64,000 bases of DNA from Planctomycetota bacterium (GTDB taxonomy: Bacteria; Planctomycetota; JAJSAM01; JAJVHW01). This document shows, piece after piece, positions 37,437-46,412 of this stretch; position 1 is the stretch's first letter, and every line of letters starts with the position of its first letter. Position numbers and translations under genes: made by a program. The notes under the pieces are model-generated. The model was not told where the DNA came from. It worked only from the letters and a program-made list of their open reading frames with translations, and searched no databases. The stretch lies in NCBI GenBank assembly GCA_965248445.1, contig CBDFJG010000001.1, forward strand, positions 320,001-384,000, in the 5' to 3' direction.

Positions 37437-38678
37437 ATGAACATGAACGGAAGACTGCTGATCGGATCTGCGATCGGGCTGGTGCTCGGTGTGGGAGCTG
37501 GGTGGCTCTCGGCGAGTGCGTCAGTGTCCGAGCGCGAAGGGACCGCCGAAGAGCTCGCGAGCGTGGAGCTGGAACGCGATGCCGTCGCCACCGAGAAGGA
37601 CACCGCGACGGCCGAGCTCGAGACGGTCACGCGGCGGGTCGCCAGACTCGATAGAGACCTGAACGCCGCGCGCACCGCTCTCGCGGCTGCGGAGAAGCAG
37701 CTCGAGGAGGCGCGTGCGGCGGCTCTCACCGAGGCCGCCGGGACCACGGGCGAGCTCGAAGACGGCAGTGCGTCCGGCCTCGGAGAGGGCCAGGCGTTCT
37801 CGTCCCCGGAGTACGACGAGCACCTCGCGACGGTCAACTGGACCGACGTGGGCCGGCACGTGGGAGCCATGGCGCCGATGCTCGCGGAGATCATCGCGGC
37901 GGTCTCCACGGGCGAGCAGCCGTCACCCGAGGCGATCGGAGGCGTCCAGCGACACAACGGTCCGCTCGTCACGGTTGCCATGACGATGCACGGCAAGCTC
38001 CCGGGAGAGACCGTGAACGGCGCGTTCAGCCACCCGTCGGCCGTCGTCAACATGATCGTGACGACGCTCGCAGCGATGGGGCAGCCGCTCGACAAGGCTC
38101 AGCTCGCCGCGCTGGGGCGCGTCGGCAGTGACTTCGTCGCGGAGGACGAGCGTCGCAGGCAAGGGTACGACGAGAACACCCTAGCGCTGCGCCGCCACGC
38201 CGAGGAGTCGCTCCTCAAGGGGCGCTTCTACGAGGCCGCAATGGACGTCCTCACCGAAGAGCAGCACACCGCGCTACGGCCGGAGGTGACACGCGGCCGC
38301 GTGACGGCGGACCTCTTCTCGGCGTCGCTCGTCTGGGTCGGCCGTGCGCGGCCCGTTCCGTTCCGCGACCGCGAGCACCTCGCCGAGATCCTCGGCGAAC
38401 GCATCGGCCGTGATCTCGATCTGGAAGGTGGCGCGCGGGATCGGTGGATGGCGATGGTCTCCGACTGGGTCCAGGGTCTGCCCTACGACATGCTGAGGCG
38501 CGAGCCGGATGCGTTGTGGCTGCGAGGCCTCGTGCCGATCGACGCGATCGACTTCGCCGCGAAGCACCAGCTCGTGCTCATGGACCGCATGCTCTCCGAG
38601 CTCGATCTGTCTGAAGAGGCTGTCCGCGAGCTCCGCGATCACGTTGGCGCCTTCGTCCCGACGTGGCGGCCGGAGTAG
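37437..38678 (+). CDS. membrane-anchored paralog of the ECF C-terminal domain
   Basis: RBS GAGGAG; N-terminal TM and coiled coil; aligns by eye with the sigma extension (V.W..G.H..M, AIG.VQ.HNG.L, PG...N.A..HP, PL...Q..AL, LT.EQ...L, DLF, WV..LP). Confidence 0.85.
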   Translation: MNMNGRLLIGSAIGLVLGVGAGWLSASASVSEREGTAEELASVELERDAVATEKDTATAELETVTRRVARLDRDLNAARTALAAAEKQLEEARAAALTEAAGTTGELEDGSASGLGEGQAFSSPEYDEHLATVNWTDVGRHVGAMAPMLAEIIAAVSTGEQPSPEAIGGVQRHNGPLVTVAMTMHGKLPGETVNGAFSHPSAVVNMIVTTLAAMGQPLDKAQLAALGRVGSDFVAEDERRRQGYDENTLALRRHAEESLLKGRFYEAAMDVLTEEQHTALRPEVTRGRVTADLFSASLVWVGRARPVPFRDREHLAEILGERIGRDLDLEGGARDRWMAMVSDWVQGLPYDMLRREPDALWLRGLVPIDAIDFAAKHQLVLMDRMLSELDLSEEAVRELRDHVGAFVPTWRPE

Positions 38679-38700
38679 GCGAAGTGAACAGGTCTTGGTC

Positions 38701-38773
38701 GACTCCGGTCGCCGGGAAGACGCCGTCCGCGCGTTCGAGCACGCATTCCTGATCGCACTGGACTACGCGGACG
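38701..38773 (+). repeat. 73-bp diverged copy of TPR-gene segment 33256-33328
   Basis: Ungapped manual alignment, 63/73 identical; encodes DSGRREDAVRAFEHAFLIALDYAD vs DSGRRDDAVRAFERALLIAPDYAD. Confidence 0.88.
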
Positions 38774-40586
38774 GAGCGGCAGGCGGCGCGCGGACCGGCA
38801 GCGCGACCGTGAACGTCGTTCCCGTGCCGGGCTCGCTCGACGCGTCGATCCGGCCGCCCATCATCTCGCAGAAGCGGCGCGTGATGGTAAGACCCAAGCC
38901 GGTTCCTCCGTACTCGCGGGTCGTGCCGCCATCGGCCTGCGCGAACGCGTCCCACACCCGTTCGAGCGCCGAATCGGTCATCCCGATGCCCGTGTCGCGG
39001 ACGTCGATCCGCACCCAGGGCTCGCCGTCGCTCGACGTCCGCTGCACCGCGAGGATGATCGTTCCCTCGCGAGTGAACTTGCAGGCGTTCGAGAGCAGGT
39101 TGTCGAGGATCTGCCGGAACTTCGTCAGGTCCGCATGCATGGAACCGAGTGTGTCCGGCACGTCGAGTTCGAGCGTGTTCGAGTTTTTCGCGACCAGCGG
39201 GCGCATCGTGTCCGTGATCTCGGCCAGCGTCATCGCGAGATCGAACTCTTCGGGGCGCATGTCGAAACCACCCGCCTCGATCTTCGAGATGTCGAGGACG
39301 TCTTCGATCAGACGCAGAAGATGGCGGCCCGACTCGTGCACCTGGCGGACGTCATCCGCGAGCGCCTCCTGTCCGAGGGCGCCGAGGTCCTCCTCCACCA
39401 TCTCGCTGTACCCGATGATGGCATTGAGCGGCGTCCGCCGCTCGTGGCTCATGTTCGCGAGGAACTGGCTCTTCGCGCGGTTGGCGTCCTCGGCCGCCTC
39501 CTTCGACACTCGCAGGGCGCGTTCGGCCTCCTTGGCCTCGCTGATGTCTCGCAGAACGCCGACGAAGTGGGGTTCATCGTCCAACCAGATCTCACTGACC
39601 CCGAGATGCAACGGGAAGCGCGTACGATCCTTGCGAACCCCCTCGACCTCGCGCCCGATGCCGATGATCCGGGCCTCCCCGGTCTCCGCAAAGTGCGCGA
39701 GGTAGCCGTCGTGCTCGCCCCTGTACGGCTCCGGCATCAACATGCGGACGTTCTCTCCGATCATGTCGGATGCGGCGTACCCGAACATGGCCTCGGTGGC
39801 GGGGTTGGCCGTCTGGATGACGCCGCTCGCATCGATCGAGACGATCGCGTCCAACACGCCCGTGACGACGGCATCGAGATGCCGCATCGTCTCCAGTCGT
39901 AGCGCCGCGTCGCGTTCCGAGCGCTGGTGCAGGCGCTCGATGCGGCGCGTCCCCCAGAACACCGCGCCGCACATGAGCGCCATCACGGCGGCGGCCACGG
40001 CGGCCCACCCGAACGCGGTTCCGATCTTCGCGGCGCTGTGATCGTTGAACTGCTTGACGGTGCCGTCGATCTTGCGGTCCAGGCTCCGATTGAGGGACAG
40101 CAGGATCTGCAGGAGTTCTTCCCGCTCGGGATGCGTCTCCTCCATGGCCAGCAAGCTCGTGGAGGCTTCGACCTGTTGGTCCATCAGCCACCACTGATGC
40201 GTCAGCGCGTCCTTGATCTCCTCCGACGGCGCGGCAGGCAGTGTGCGCTTCGCCCCGGTGGTCTCGTCCACGACAACGTCGCCGCCGTCCTGGAGCGCAC
40301 GCAGCGTCTCGAGGAACAGCGTTCGCGTCTCCTCGCGGGAATTGGAGGCACCTTGCGAAGCCAGCAGCACTTCGTTGAGAAGTCGCTGATTGAGCATGCG
40401 CTGGCGCCCGGCCGCGTCGATGATGAATGCGTCGTCTCGATGTGCCGCGATCGCGTTGACGACGAACGCAGCCGCGATGATCCCGGCGACCAGCATGGCG
40501 GCCGGAAACGTGTACATCGCCGCGAAGCGGATCCCCTTGCTCGCGGCCGGCGATCCTGGTCGCGGTTGCTCGCGGTCGGAGCTCAT
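38763..40586 (-). CDS. sensor histidine kinase: PilJ/NarX-like periplasmic domain, FixL-like PAS, HisKA, HATPase
   Basis: IIDAAGRQRMLNQR; LMPEPYRGEHDGYL...IIGIGREV; AKSQFLANMSHERRTPLNAIIG; NLLSNACKFT, DTGIGM, GGTGLGL. Confidence 0.92.
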   Translation of the reverse strand: MSSDREQPRPGSPAASKGIRFAAMYTFPAAMLVAGIIAAAFVVNAIAAHRDDAFIIDAAGRQRMLNQRLLNEVLLASQGASNSREETRTLFLETLRALQDGGDVVVDETTGAKRTLPAAPSEEIKDALTHQWWLMDQQVEASTSLLAMEETHPEREELLQILLSLNRSLDRKIDGTVKQFNDHSAAKIGTAFGWAAVAAAVMALMCGAVFWGTRRIERLHQRSERDAALRLETMRHLDAVVTGVLDAIVSIDASGVIQTANPATEAMFGYAASDMIGENVRMLMPEPYRGEHDGYLAHFAETGEARIIGIGREVEGVRKDRTRFPLHLGVSEIWLDDEPHFVGVLRDISEAKEAERALRVSKEAAEDANRAKSQFLANMSHERRTPLNAIIGYSEMVEEDLGALGQEALADDVRQVHESGRHLLRLIEDVLDISKIEAGGFDMRPEEFDLAMTLAEITDTMRPLVAKNSNTLELDVPDTLGSMHADLTKFRQILDNLLSNACKFTREGTIILAVQRTSSDGEPWVRIDVRDTGIGMTDSALERVWDAFAQADGGTTREYGGTGLGLTITRRFCEMMGGRIDASSEPGTGTTFTVALPVRAPPAAPSA

Positions 40587-41308
40587 GTGTCCGACGTCTC
40601 ACGCCGCCTCCGTCTGCCCAGGATGAAGAACGTCACGATGCCGAGCAAGAGCGCCGAGATCGCATGCACCGGCAGCAGCGCCTCGAGCGCGCTGGTCCGC
40701 GCCGACCCATCGATCGGCGCGGGCATCGAGATCGCCAGCACCCCCCGTACATCGCCGACCTTCCAGTCACTCTTGGGCGTGTCCGGGTGAGAGTTATGGC
40801 ACGACACGCAGCTCACGCGCATGAGGTCCGCGCGGGCATACCGCAGGTGCCGGACTCCGTCGACATCCTCGAACCTGTGGTACGCCGAATGCGGCGACTT
40901 CTTGAGCGCTTCCAGAGCCGCTTCTTCGTACGACCCGAGCCACCGTTTGCCGGCGCGCCACGGGAACGGGTACTCGCTGAACAACTGCGCCGTGAGACCC
41001 GAACCGCGTTCCCCGATGTGATCGGCCAGGCGAATGCTCAGCGTGGCGGGTAGCGGGATCGCGTGCTCGGACGTCTCGTAATCGTGGGTCACCTTCACTG
41101 TGCGGGGCACGCGCGCGACGACCTCGGAGGTGTACAGAGTGCGGAAGCTCTCGAGTGACCGGAGATGACTCTCGGCACTCGTCAGCAGCTGCGCGTCGAG
41201 GTCGCGCCGCGACTGTTCCTCCATGAACTTGGCGCTCGCGAGGAGGAGCACGAAAACGGCGGCGGTCAGCGCAAGCACGATCGTCCATCGAGCGCGTCGA
41301 GACACCAT
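40583..41308 (-). CDS. DUF3365 (Tll0287-like) c-type heme sensor membrane protein
   Basis: RTLYTSEVV, IPLPATL, S.YPFPWR, CVSCH.SHP..PK.DWKVGDVRGVL; two TMs; ATGA overlap with the kinase. Confidence 0.88.
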   Translation of the reverse strand: MVSRRARWTIVLALTAAVFVLLLASAKFMEEQSRRDLDAQLLTSAESHLRSLESFRTLYTSEVVARVPRTVKVTHDYETSEHAIPLPATLSIRLADHIGERGSGLTAQLFSEYPFPWRAGKRWLGSYEEAALEALKKSPHSAYHRFEDVDGVRHLRYARADLMRVSCVSCHNSHPDTPKSDWKVGDVRGVLAISMPAPIDGSARTSALEALLPVHAISALLLGIVTFFILGRRRRRETSDT

Positions 41309-41423
41309 CCGCAGTCCCCCTCGAATCGGACGTCGAGTGCCCGTGTTCTTCTGCGGACTCTAGCGGATTCGTCCGCGGCCCGTCGCCTGGCGATTCACGG
41401 CCCCCCGGGTGCGGCTTCCACAC

Positions 41424-41993
41424 CTAGTCCGGCGGATGCGGGTGCGCGGCGCGGACCTCGTCCGGCCAGAAGTCCTCGAGGTCGATGCCGAGGCCATCGA
41501 CGGTGCGGTTGCACCACGCGAAGAACCCGCTGATCTGATTGACCCCGACGATGCCCTCGTCGGAGAAGCCGACCGCGCGCAGCGCTTCGACGTCGGCGCG
41601 ACGCATGGCGCCCGGCGTCCGGGTGAGTTTGATGACGTGGTCGATGAGAGCGCGCAGCCGGGGCGTCGTCTCGACGGTCGTCGGATCCGCCTTCAGTCCT
41701 TCCACGTAGTCAGCGTCGTTGCAGTGACCTAACAGGCCCCGCGCGTGGTGGACCACTCAGTAGTAGCAGTCGTTCACATGGCTGACGGTGACGGCGATCG
41801 TCTCCCGCTCGATCATCGTCAGATCGAGCGGCCCGTGCATCACGCCCTTGTAGAAGGTCAGCAGCGCATCGAGCGCGCACGGCACCAGCGAGTGCGCCTG
41901 CACGACGTTGTCGGGCCGGCCGGGCAACCCTGCGTAGAGCGCCGCCAATTCGCCCGTGGCCTGTTCGGGGCCGATGAGGGGAACCCACGCCAT
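41424..41993 (-). CDS. AhpD/carboxymuconolactone-decarboxylase-family peroxidase, selenoprotein (CxxU, U79)
   Basis: ERETIAVTVSHVNDCYY-TGA(41757-41759)-VVHH in frame; KLTRTP, LRAVGFSD, FAW.NR.VDGLG; ends in TAG. Confidence 0.9.
41721..41742 (-). promoter_or_regulatory. putative bacterial SECIS element
   Basis: mRNA GCGG-GGCCU-GUU-AGGUC-A-CUGC hairpin; loop G 24 nt after the UGA; spans the rare codon TTA. Confidence 0.68.
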
Positions 41994-42122
41994 ATCGAGA
42001 TCCTCCAGGGTGTGACACGCGACCATCACAACCAGGCGAACTTCCGACGAGTCGGTGGTCGAGTCGGTCAACGAGTGAGTTTAGTTGGCGACTGTCCAGC
42101 TGACACCCGGCGATCATGAGCC

Positions 42123-43196
42123 ATGCGCATTCAGCGCCGCTCGTTCAGAATCGCGGCACTTCTGCTCGGGAGCGTGCTCGCTCTGCTGGCCGGAGAACTC
42201 GCGGCGCGGCTGATCCTCGACAACGGTCCCCTGTTCGCGCGGGCAGACCGGTGGATCGCGCACGAGCGTCTGGGAGGCGTGCTCCGTCCGAATCATGCGT
42301 ACACAGCGCGTGGTGAGTCCTACCGCACCAACCGGATCCACCTGCGCGATCGCGACTTCGCGCCGGTGCCCGAGCGCGGCGTGACACGCGTCGCCGTGGT
42401 CGGCGACTCGTTCGTGTTCGGTGTCGGACCGCTCGATGAGACGATCGCGAAGGTGCTCGAAGCCCGGCTCGGCGACACGTTCGAGGTGATGGCCGTCGGA
42501 CTGCCCGGCTACGGCACGATCCGCCAGAACCGCTTCCTCGAGGAGTTCCTCGACGAGTACCGCTTCGACGTCGTCATCCTCGCGTTCTGCGTCGGCAACG
42601 ACATCCTGGAGAACGCTCGCATGTTGGTGCGGGGAGAGGACGCTACGTGGCTGCGCCCACGCGAACGGGGCCTGTTGCGGCGTCACTCCTACCTCTACGC
42701 TGCGCTGCACCGAGTCGTGCGTGATCCCGCGCGGGCGCGCAAATCACGCTTCCTCGAGCACGTCGAGACGCGCATACGGCTCGCGCGGCCGCGCTACTAC
42801 GAGGCGCCCGAGGGCGCGGCTGCATACGCACGCACGCTCAGCGAGATCGACGGGATGCGCTCGTGGGCGGAGGAGCGCGGCGCTGTCTTCGCCGTGGCTC
42901 TACTGCCCGAGGAGTACCAGATCGACCCGGATCTGCGCCGTCAGGTGCGGACGTCGCTCGACTTGCCAGAGGAAGGCGTCGAGACCGACCTGGTCCAGGT
43001 CCGCATGCGAGAGGATCTCGCGCGCGCGGGGACACCCGTCATCGATCCGCTGCCCGCGTTCCGCGCCCAGGCTCGGGATGCCGCGCTGTTCATCCCTCAG
43101 GACACGCACTTCGACACCGCGGGCAACCAGATCGTGGCCGAGGCACTGCATGGGTGGATCGCCGCGCGCAATCTGACCGGTTCCACTGCACGCTGA
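42123..43196 (+). CDS. SGNH/GDSL-family (AlgX/AlgJ-like) membrane-anchored protein
   Basis: VAVVGDSFVFG, G.PGYG, GNDI, DTHF..AGN. Confidence 0.85.
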   Translation: MRIQRRSFRIAALLLGSVLALLAGELAARLILDNGPLFARADRWIAHERLGGVLRPNHAYTARGESYRTNRIHLRDRDFAPVPERGVTRVAVVGDSFVFGVGPLDETIAKVLEARLGDTFEVMAVGLPGYGTIRQNRFLEEFLDEYRFDVVILAFCVGNDILENARMLVRGEDATWLRPRERGLLRRHSYLYAALHRVVRDPARARKSRFLEHVETRIRLARPRYYEAPEGAAAYARTLSEIDGMRSWAEERGAVFAVALLPEEYQIDPDLRRQVRTSLDLPEEGVETDLVQVRMREDLARAGTPVIDPLPAFRAQARDAALFIPQDTHFDTAGNQIVAEALHGWIAARNLTGSTAR

Positions 43197-43235
43197 GCGT
43201 TCACGATCCTGAGGCCGAACTCATGTGATGCGACG

Positions 43236-43330
43236 TACCGGAGACCGGTGTCGATCGGCGCCGATGTCGCCGAGGCGGCCGGAGCTCTGCGTGCGCGTCC
43301 GTGGACCACCGAACGACACCGGTCTCGGTA
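43236..43330. repeat. REP-like inverted-repeat unit between convergent genes
   Basis: TACCGGAGACCGGTGTCGATCGG ... CCGAACGACACCGGTCTCGGTA. Confidence 0.75.
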
Positions 43331-43337
43331 TGGCTGC

Positions 43338-44519
43338 TCAGAGCCCGGCGTTGTTCTTCGGGAACGTGTTGCCGTTGAAGGTCGAGCCCGTGGCGCCGTC
43401 GAGGAAGAGATCCTGCTCCTTGCTCTTGGTCGCCTTGTTGTTGGTGAAGGTGTTGTTGCTGCCTTGGAGTTCCACGCCGTTGCTCTTGGCCTTCAGGATG
43501 GTGTTTCCCTCGAACGTGTTGCCCGTGCCCGTGATGGGCACCTCGAGGCCGTCGTCCTTCGGAGCCTTGATGTTGTTGTTGCGATAGGTCGAGTTCGTGC
43601 CGCGGGCGGCGATGGCGTCGTCTCCGGCCTTCGTGACGCTGTTGTTCTCGACGAGGTGGCCGTCGCCGTCGAACACCATCCCCTCTTGCGTCGTCTTCTT
43701 GACGGTGTTGCCACGCGTCGTGTGGCCGTCTCCGACGACGAAGATAGCAGCCAGATTGGCGCCCGTGACCTTGTTGTTCTCGATCGTGTGATCGGATCCG
43801 AACACGCGAATCCCGATCAGCGCCGGCTTCTTGACCGTGTTGCCAGAGACCGTGTTCATCGACGATCGATCGGCAGACGCGAACGTGCTGATGTCGATGG
43901 ACGTCCCGAGACACTTCACGAACGTGTTGTTGCGAACGATCGCGCCGTTCGTCTGCGCCGCGACTCCTCCCGCGGTTGCCTTGATGATCTTGTTGTTCTC
44001 GATGACGGCACCCGTCGAGTCGCCGATCACCAGACTGCCGTAGCTGATCGGCAGGACCGCTTTCTTGAACGTGCAGCCACGAACGATGGCGTTCGGCGTT
44101 CCGCGCACGCCGACGGCGATGCTGCTGGTGGACTTGCTGAACTTGCAGTTCTCAACGCGGAATCCGGCGCTGGTCATGACGAGCAACGTCGTTGCCGTTC
44201 CGCCGCGGACCGACAAGCCCTCGATCACGACGACGCCGGAATCCACGAGCTGGAGCGGGTTCGCGGTCTCTCCGAAGTCGAGCTTCGCGCCGCGCGATCC
44301 GCGGATCGTCAGATCGCCCTTTCCGTCGATCAGGATCGCACCGCTGTGCTTGCCCTTCACCTGGATCACGTCGCCGTTCCCCGCCGCGTCCACCGCCTCT
44401 TGAATTGTCGCGTGATCCCCGGGCACCGTCAGCGTGGCGGCGTTCGCCGGTACGGCGAGCACGACTGACAGCAACGACACCCCGACGGCATAAAACGCAC
44501 CAGGCCCGCTCTTGATCAT
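43338..44519 (-). CDS. exported right-handed beta-helix protein (paralog 4)
   Basis: Signal ending ANA; TLTVPGDHATIQEAVDAAGNGDVIQVKG; repeats NTF.GN.I; ends TFNGNTFP. Confidence 0.88.
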   Translation of the reverse strand: MIKSGPGAFYAVGVSLLSVVLAVPANAATLTVPGDHATIQEAVDAAGNGDVIQVKGKHSGAILIDGKGDLTIRGSRGAKLDFGETANPLQLVDSGVVVIEGLSVRGGTATTLLVMTSAGFRVENCKFSKSTSSIAVGVRGTPNAIVRGCTFKKAVLPISYGSLVIGDSTGAVIENNKIIKATAGGVAAQTNGAIVRNNTFVKCLGTSIDISTFASADRSSMNTVSGNTVKKPALIGIRVFGSDHTIENNKVTGANLAAIFVVGDGHTTRGNTVKKTTQEGMVFDGDGHLVENNSVTKAGDDAIAARGTNSTYRNNNIKAPKDDGLEVPITGTGNTFEGNTILKAKSNGVELQGSNNTFTNNKATKSKEQDLFLDGATGSTFNGNTFPKNNAGL

Positions 44520-44646
44520 CTGTACCTCCCTCCCGGCGACACCCCGACTCGCCGGTCACAGGACAGCTTAGCGATCCGTGCTCCGTATGGGACGAGCAGA
44601 GCCCCCGCCATTCTCGGTACCCTCCCCGACCGGAGGGCAGGGCACG

Positions 44647-46368
44647 ATGGACCGGCTGATCACCCCGCACGGCGGCGAACTCCTCGACCTTGTCGTTGGC
44701 GACGAGCGAGCGGCAGAACTGAAGGGTGCCTCGCGGGACTTCCCGACATGGGACCTGACCCCACGGCAGATGTGCGACCTCGAGTTGCTCCTGAACGGCG
44801 CGTTCTCGCCGCTGCGCGGTTTCATGACGCGGCGTGACTACGAGCCCGTCTGCTCGTCCATGCGGCTTGCGGACGGAACGCTCTGGCCGATCCCGATCTC
44901 CCTGCCCGTAGCCGCCGAGTTCGCGCAGGGGTTGAGCAACGGCGATCAGGTCGCGCTGCGCGACGCCGAGGGCGTGATGCTTGCCGTGCTCACCGTCGAG
45001 GACGCGTGGGAAGCCGAGCGCGAGAAGGAAGCACTCTCGGTGTACGGGACGGCGGACCCCCATCACGCGGGCGTGCGCCCTCTCATGACGCGCCCGCGCG
45101 GCTGGTATCTGGGCGGCCGGCTCGCGGGACTGCAACTCCCGACGCACCACGACTCGAAGGCGCTCCGCCTGACTCCGCACGGTACGCGGCGCGAGTTCGC
45201 GCGTTTCGCGTGGCGGCAGGTGATCGCGTTCCAGACCCGCAATCCGATGCACCGCGCGCACTTCGAACTGACGATGCGGGCGATCAAGGAACACGAAGCC
45301 AACCTCCTCCTGCACCCAGTTGTGGGCATGACGAAGCCGGGCGACATCGATCACTACACGCGCGTGCGCTGCTACCAGGCGCTGCTCCTCCAGTACCCGC
45401 AGCACACGGTCTACCTCGCACTGCTGCCGCTCAGCATGCGCATGGCCGGCCCGCGGGAGGCACTCTGGCACGCGATCATCCGCAAGAACTACGGGTGCAC
45501 CCACCTGATCGTGGGGCGCGATCACGCCGGACCGGGCAGCGACCGGGACGGCAACCCGTACTACGGCCCCTACGAGGCGCAGGATCTGCTGCGGGAGCAC
45601 GAGGGCGAATTGAGCGTTCGGATGGTGCCGTTCCAGATGCTGCGGTACGTTGAGGACCTGGACGCGTTCCTCAGCGAGGACGAAACGCCTGAGGGTGCAC
45701 GGACGCTGACGCTCTCGGGCACGGAGCTGCGCGACCGCCTGTCACGCGGCCGCGAGATCCCCGGCTGGTTCACCTTCCCCGGCGTCGCGCGAGAATTGCG
45801 GCAGACCCACCCGCCGCGGCACAAGCAGGGCTTCACGGTGTTCTTCACCGGGCTGTCGGGCTCGGGCAAGTCCACGATTGCCAACGCGCTGCTCGCGAAG
45901 CTGCTGGAGATGGGTGGACGGCCGGTGACGCTTCTCGACGGCGACATCGTGCGCACGAACCTCTCCTCCGAGCTCGGCTTCTCGAAGGAGCACCGCAACC
46001 TGAACATCAGCCGCATCGGTTTCGTCGCCAACGAGATCACGAAGAACGGCGGAATCGCTATCTGCGCGCCCATCGCTCCGTACGACGCGGTGCGACGTGA
46101 CGTGCGCGAACTGATCGAACATCGCGGCGGGTTCATGCTCGTGCACGTGACGACGCCGCTCGAGGTCTGCGAGCAGCGCGACCGCAAGGGCCTCTACGCG
46201 AAGGCCCGCGCCGGCATCATCAAGGAGTTCACCGGCATCTCCGACCCCTACGAGGCCCCGGAGAACGCGGATCTCGCGATCGATACCGCCGACTACACGC
46301 CCGAGGAGTCCGCGCAGAAGGTGATCCTGCACCTCGAACGCGAGGGCTACATCGGCGCCGGCATCTGA
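44647..46368 (+). CDS. sat/cysC: bifunctional sulfate adenylyltransferase / adenylylsulfate kinase (Sat-CysC)
   Basis: LI.PHGG.L, G.FSPL.GFM, FQTRNPMHRAH, HAIIRKNYGCTH.IVGRDHAG; FTGLSGSGKST, LLDGD.VR, GFSKEHR, RDRKGLY.KAR.G.IKEFTGISDPYE. Confidence 0.96.
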   Translation: MDRLITPHGGELLDLVVGDERAAELKGASRDFPTWDLTPRQMCDLELLLNGAFSPLRGFMTRRDYEPVCSSMRLADGTLWPIPISLPVAAEFAQGLSNGDQVALRDAEGVMLAVLTVEDAWEAEREKEALSVYGTADPHHAGVRPLMTRPRGWYLGGRLAGLQLPTHHDSKALRLTPHGTRREFARFAWRQVIAFQTRNPMHRAHFELTMRAIKEHEANLLLHPVVGMTKPGDIDHYTRVRCYQALLLQYPQHTVYLALLPLSMRMAGPREALWHAIIRKNYGCTHLIVGRDHAGPGSDRDGNPYYGPYEAQDLLREHEGELSVRMVPFQMLRYVEDLDAFLSEDETPEGARTLTLSGTELRDRLSRGREIPGWFTFPGVARELRQTHPPRHKQGFTVFFTGLSGSGKSTIANALLAKLLEMGGRPVTLLDGDIVRTNLSSELGFSKEHRNLNISRIGFVANEITKNGGIAICAPIAPYDAVRRDVRELIEHRGGFMLVHVTTPLEVCEQRDRKGLYAKARAGIIKEFTGISDPYEAPENADLAIDTADYTPEESAQKVILHLEREGYIGAGI

Positions 46369-46412
46369 GACCGGCACCGCCGTTCTCCGTTCACGGTCCT
46401 GAGGTCGAACTG

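Noticed and set aside
38509..39705. Plus-strand ORF containing a TPR-like peptide as a real gene
   Set aside because: Only 73 bp resemble the TPR gene; the rest is antisense to the histidine kinase
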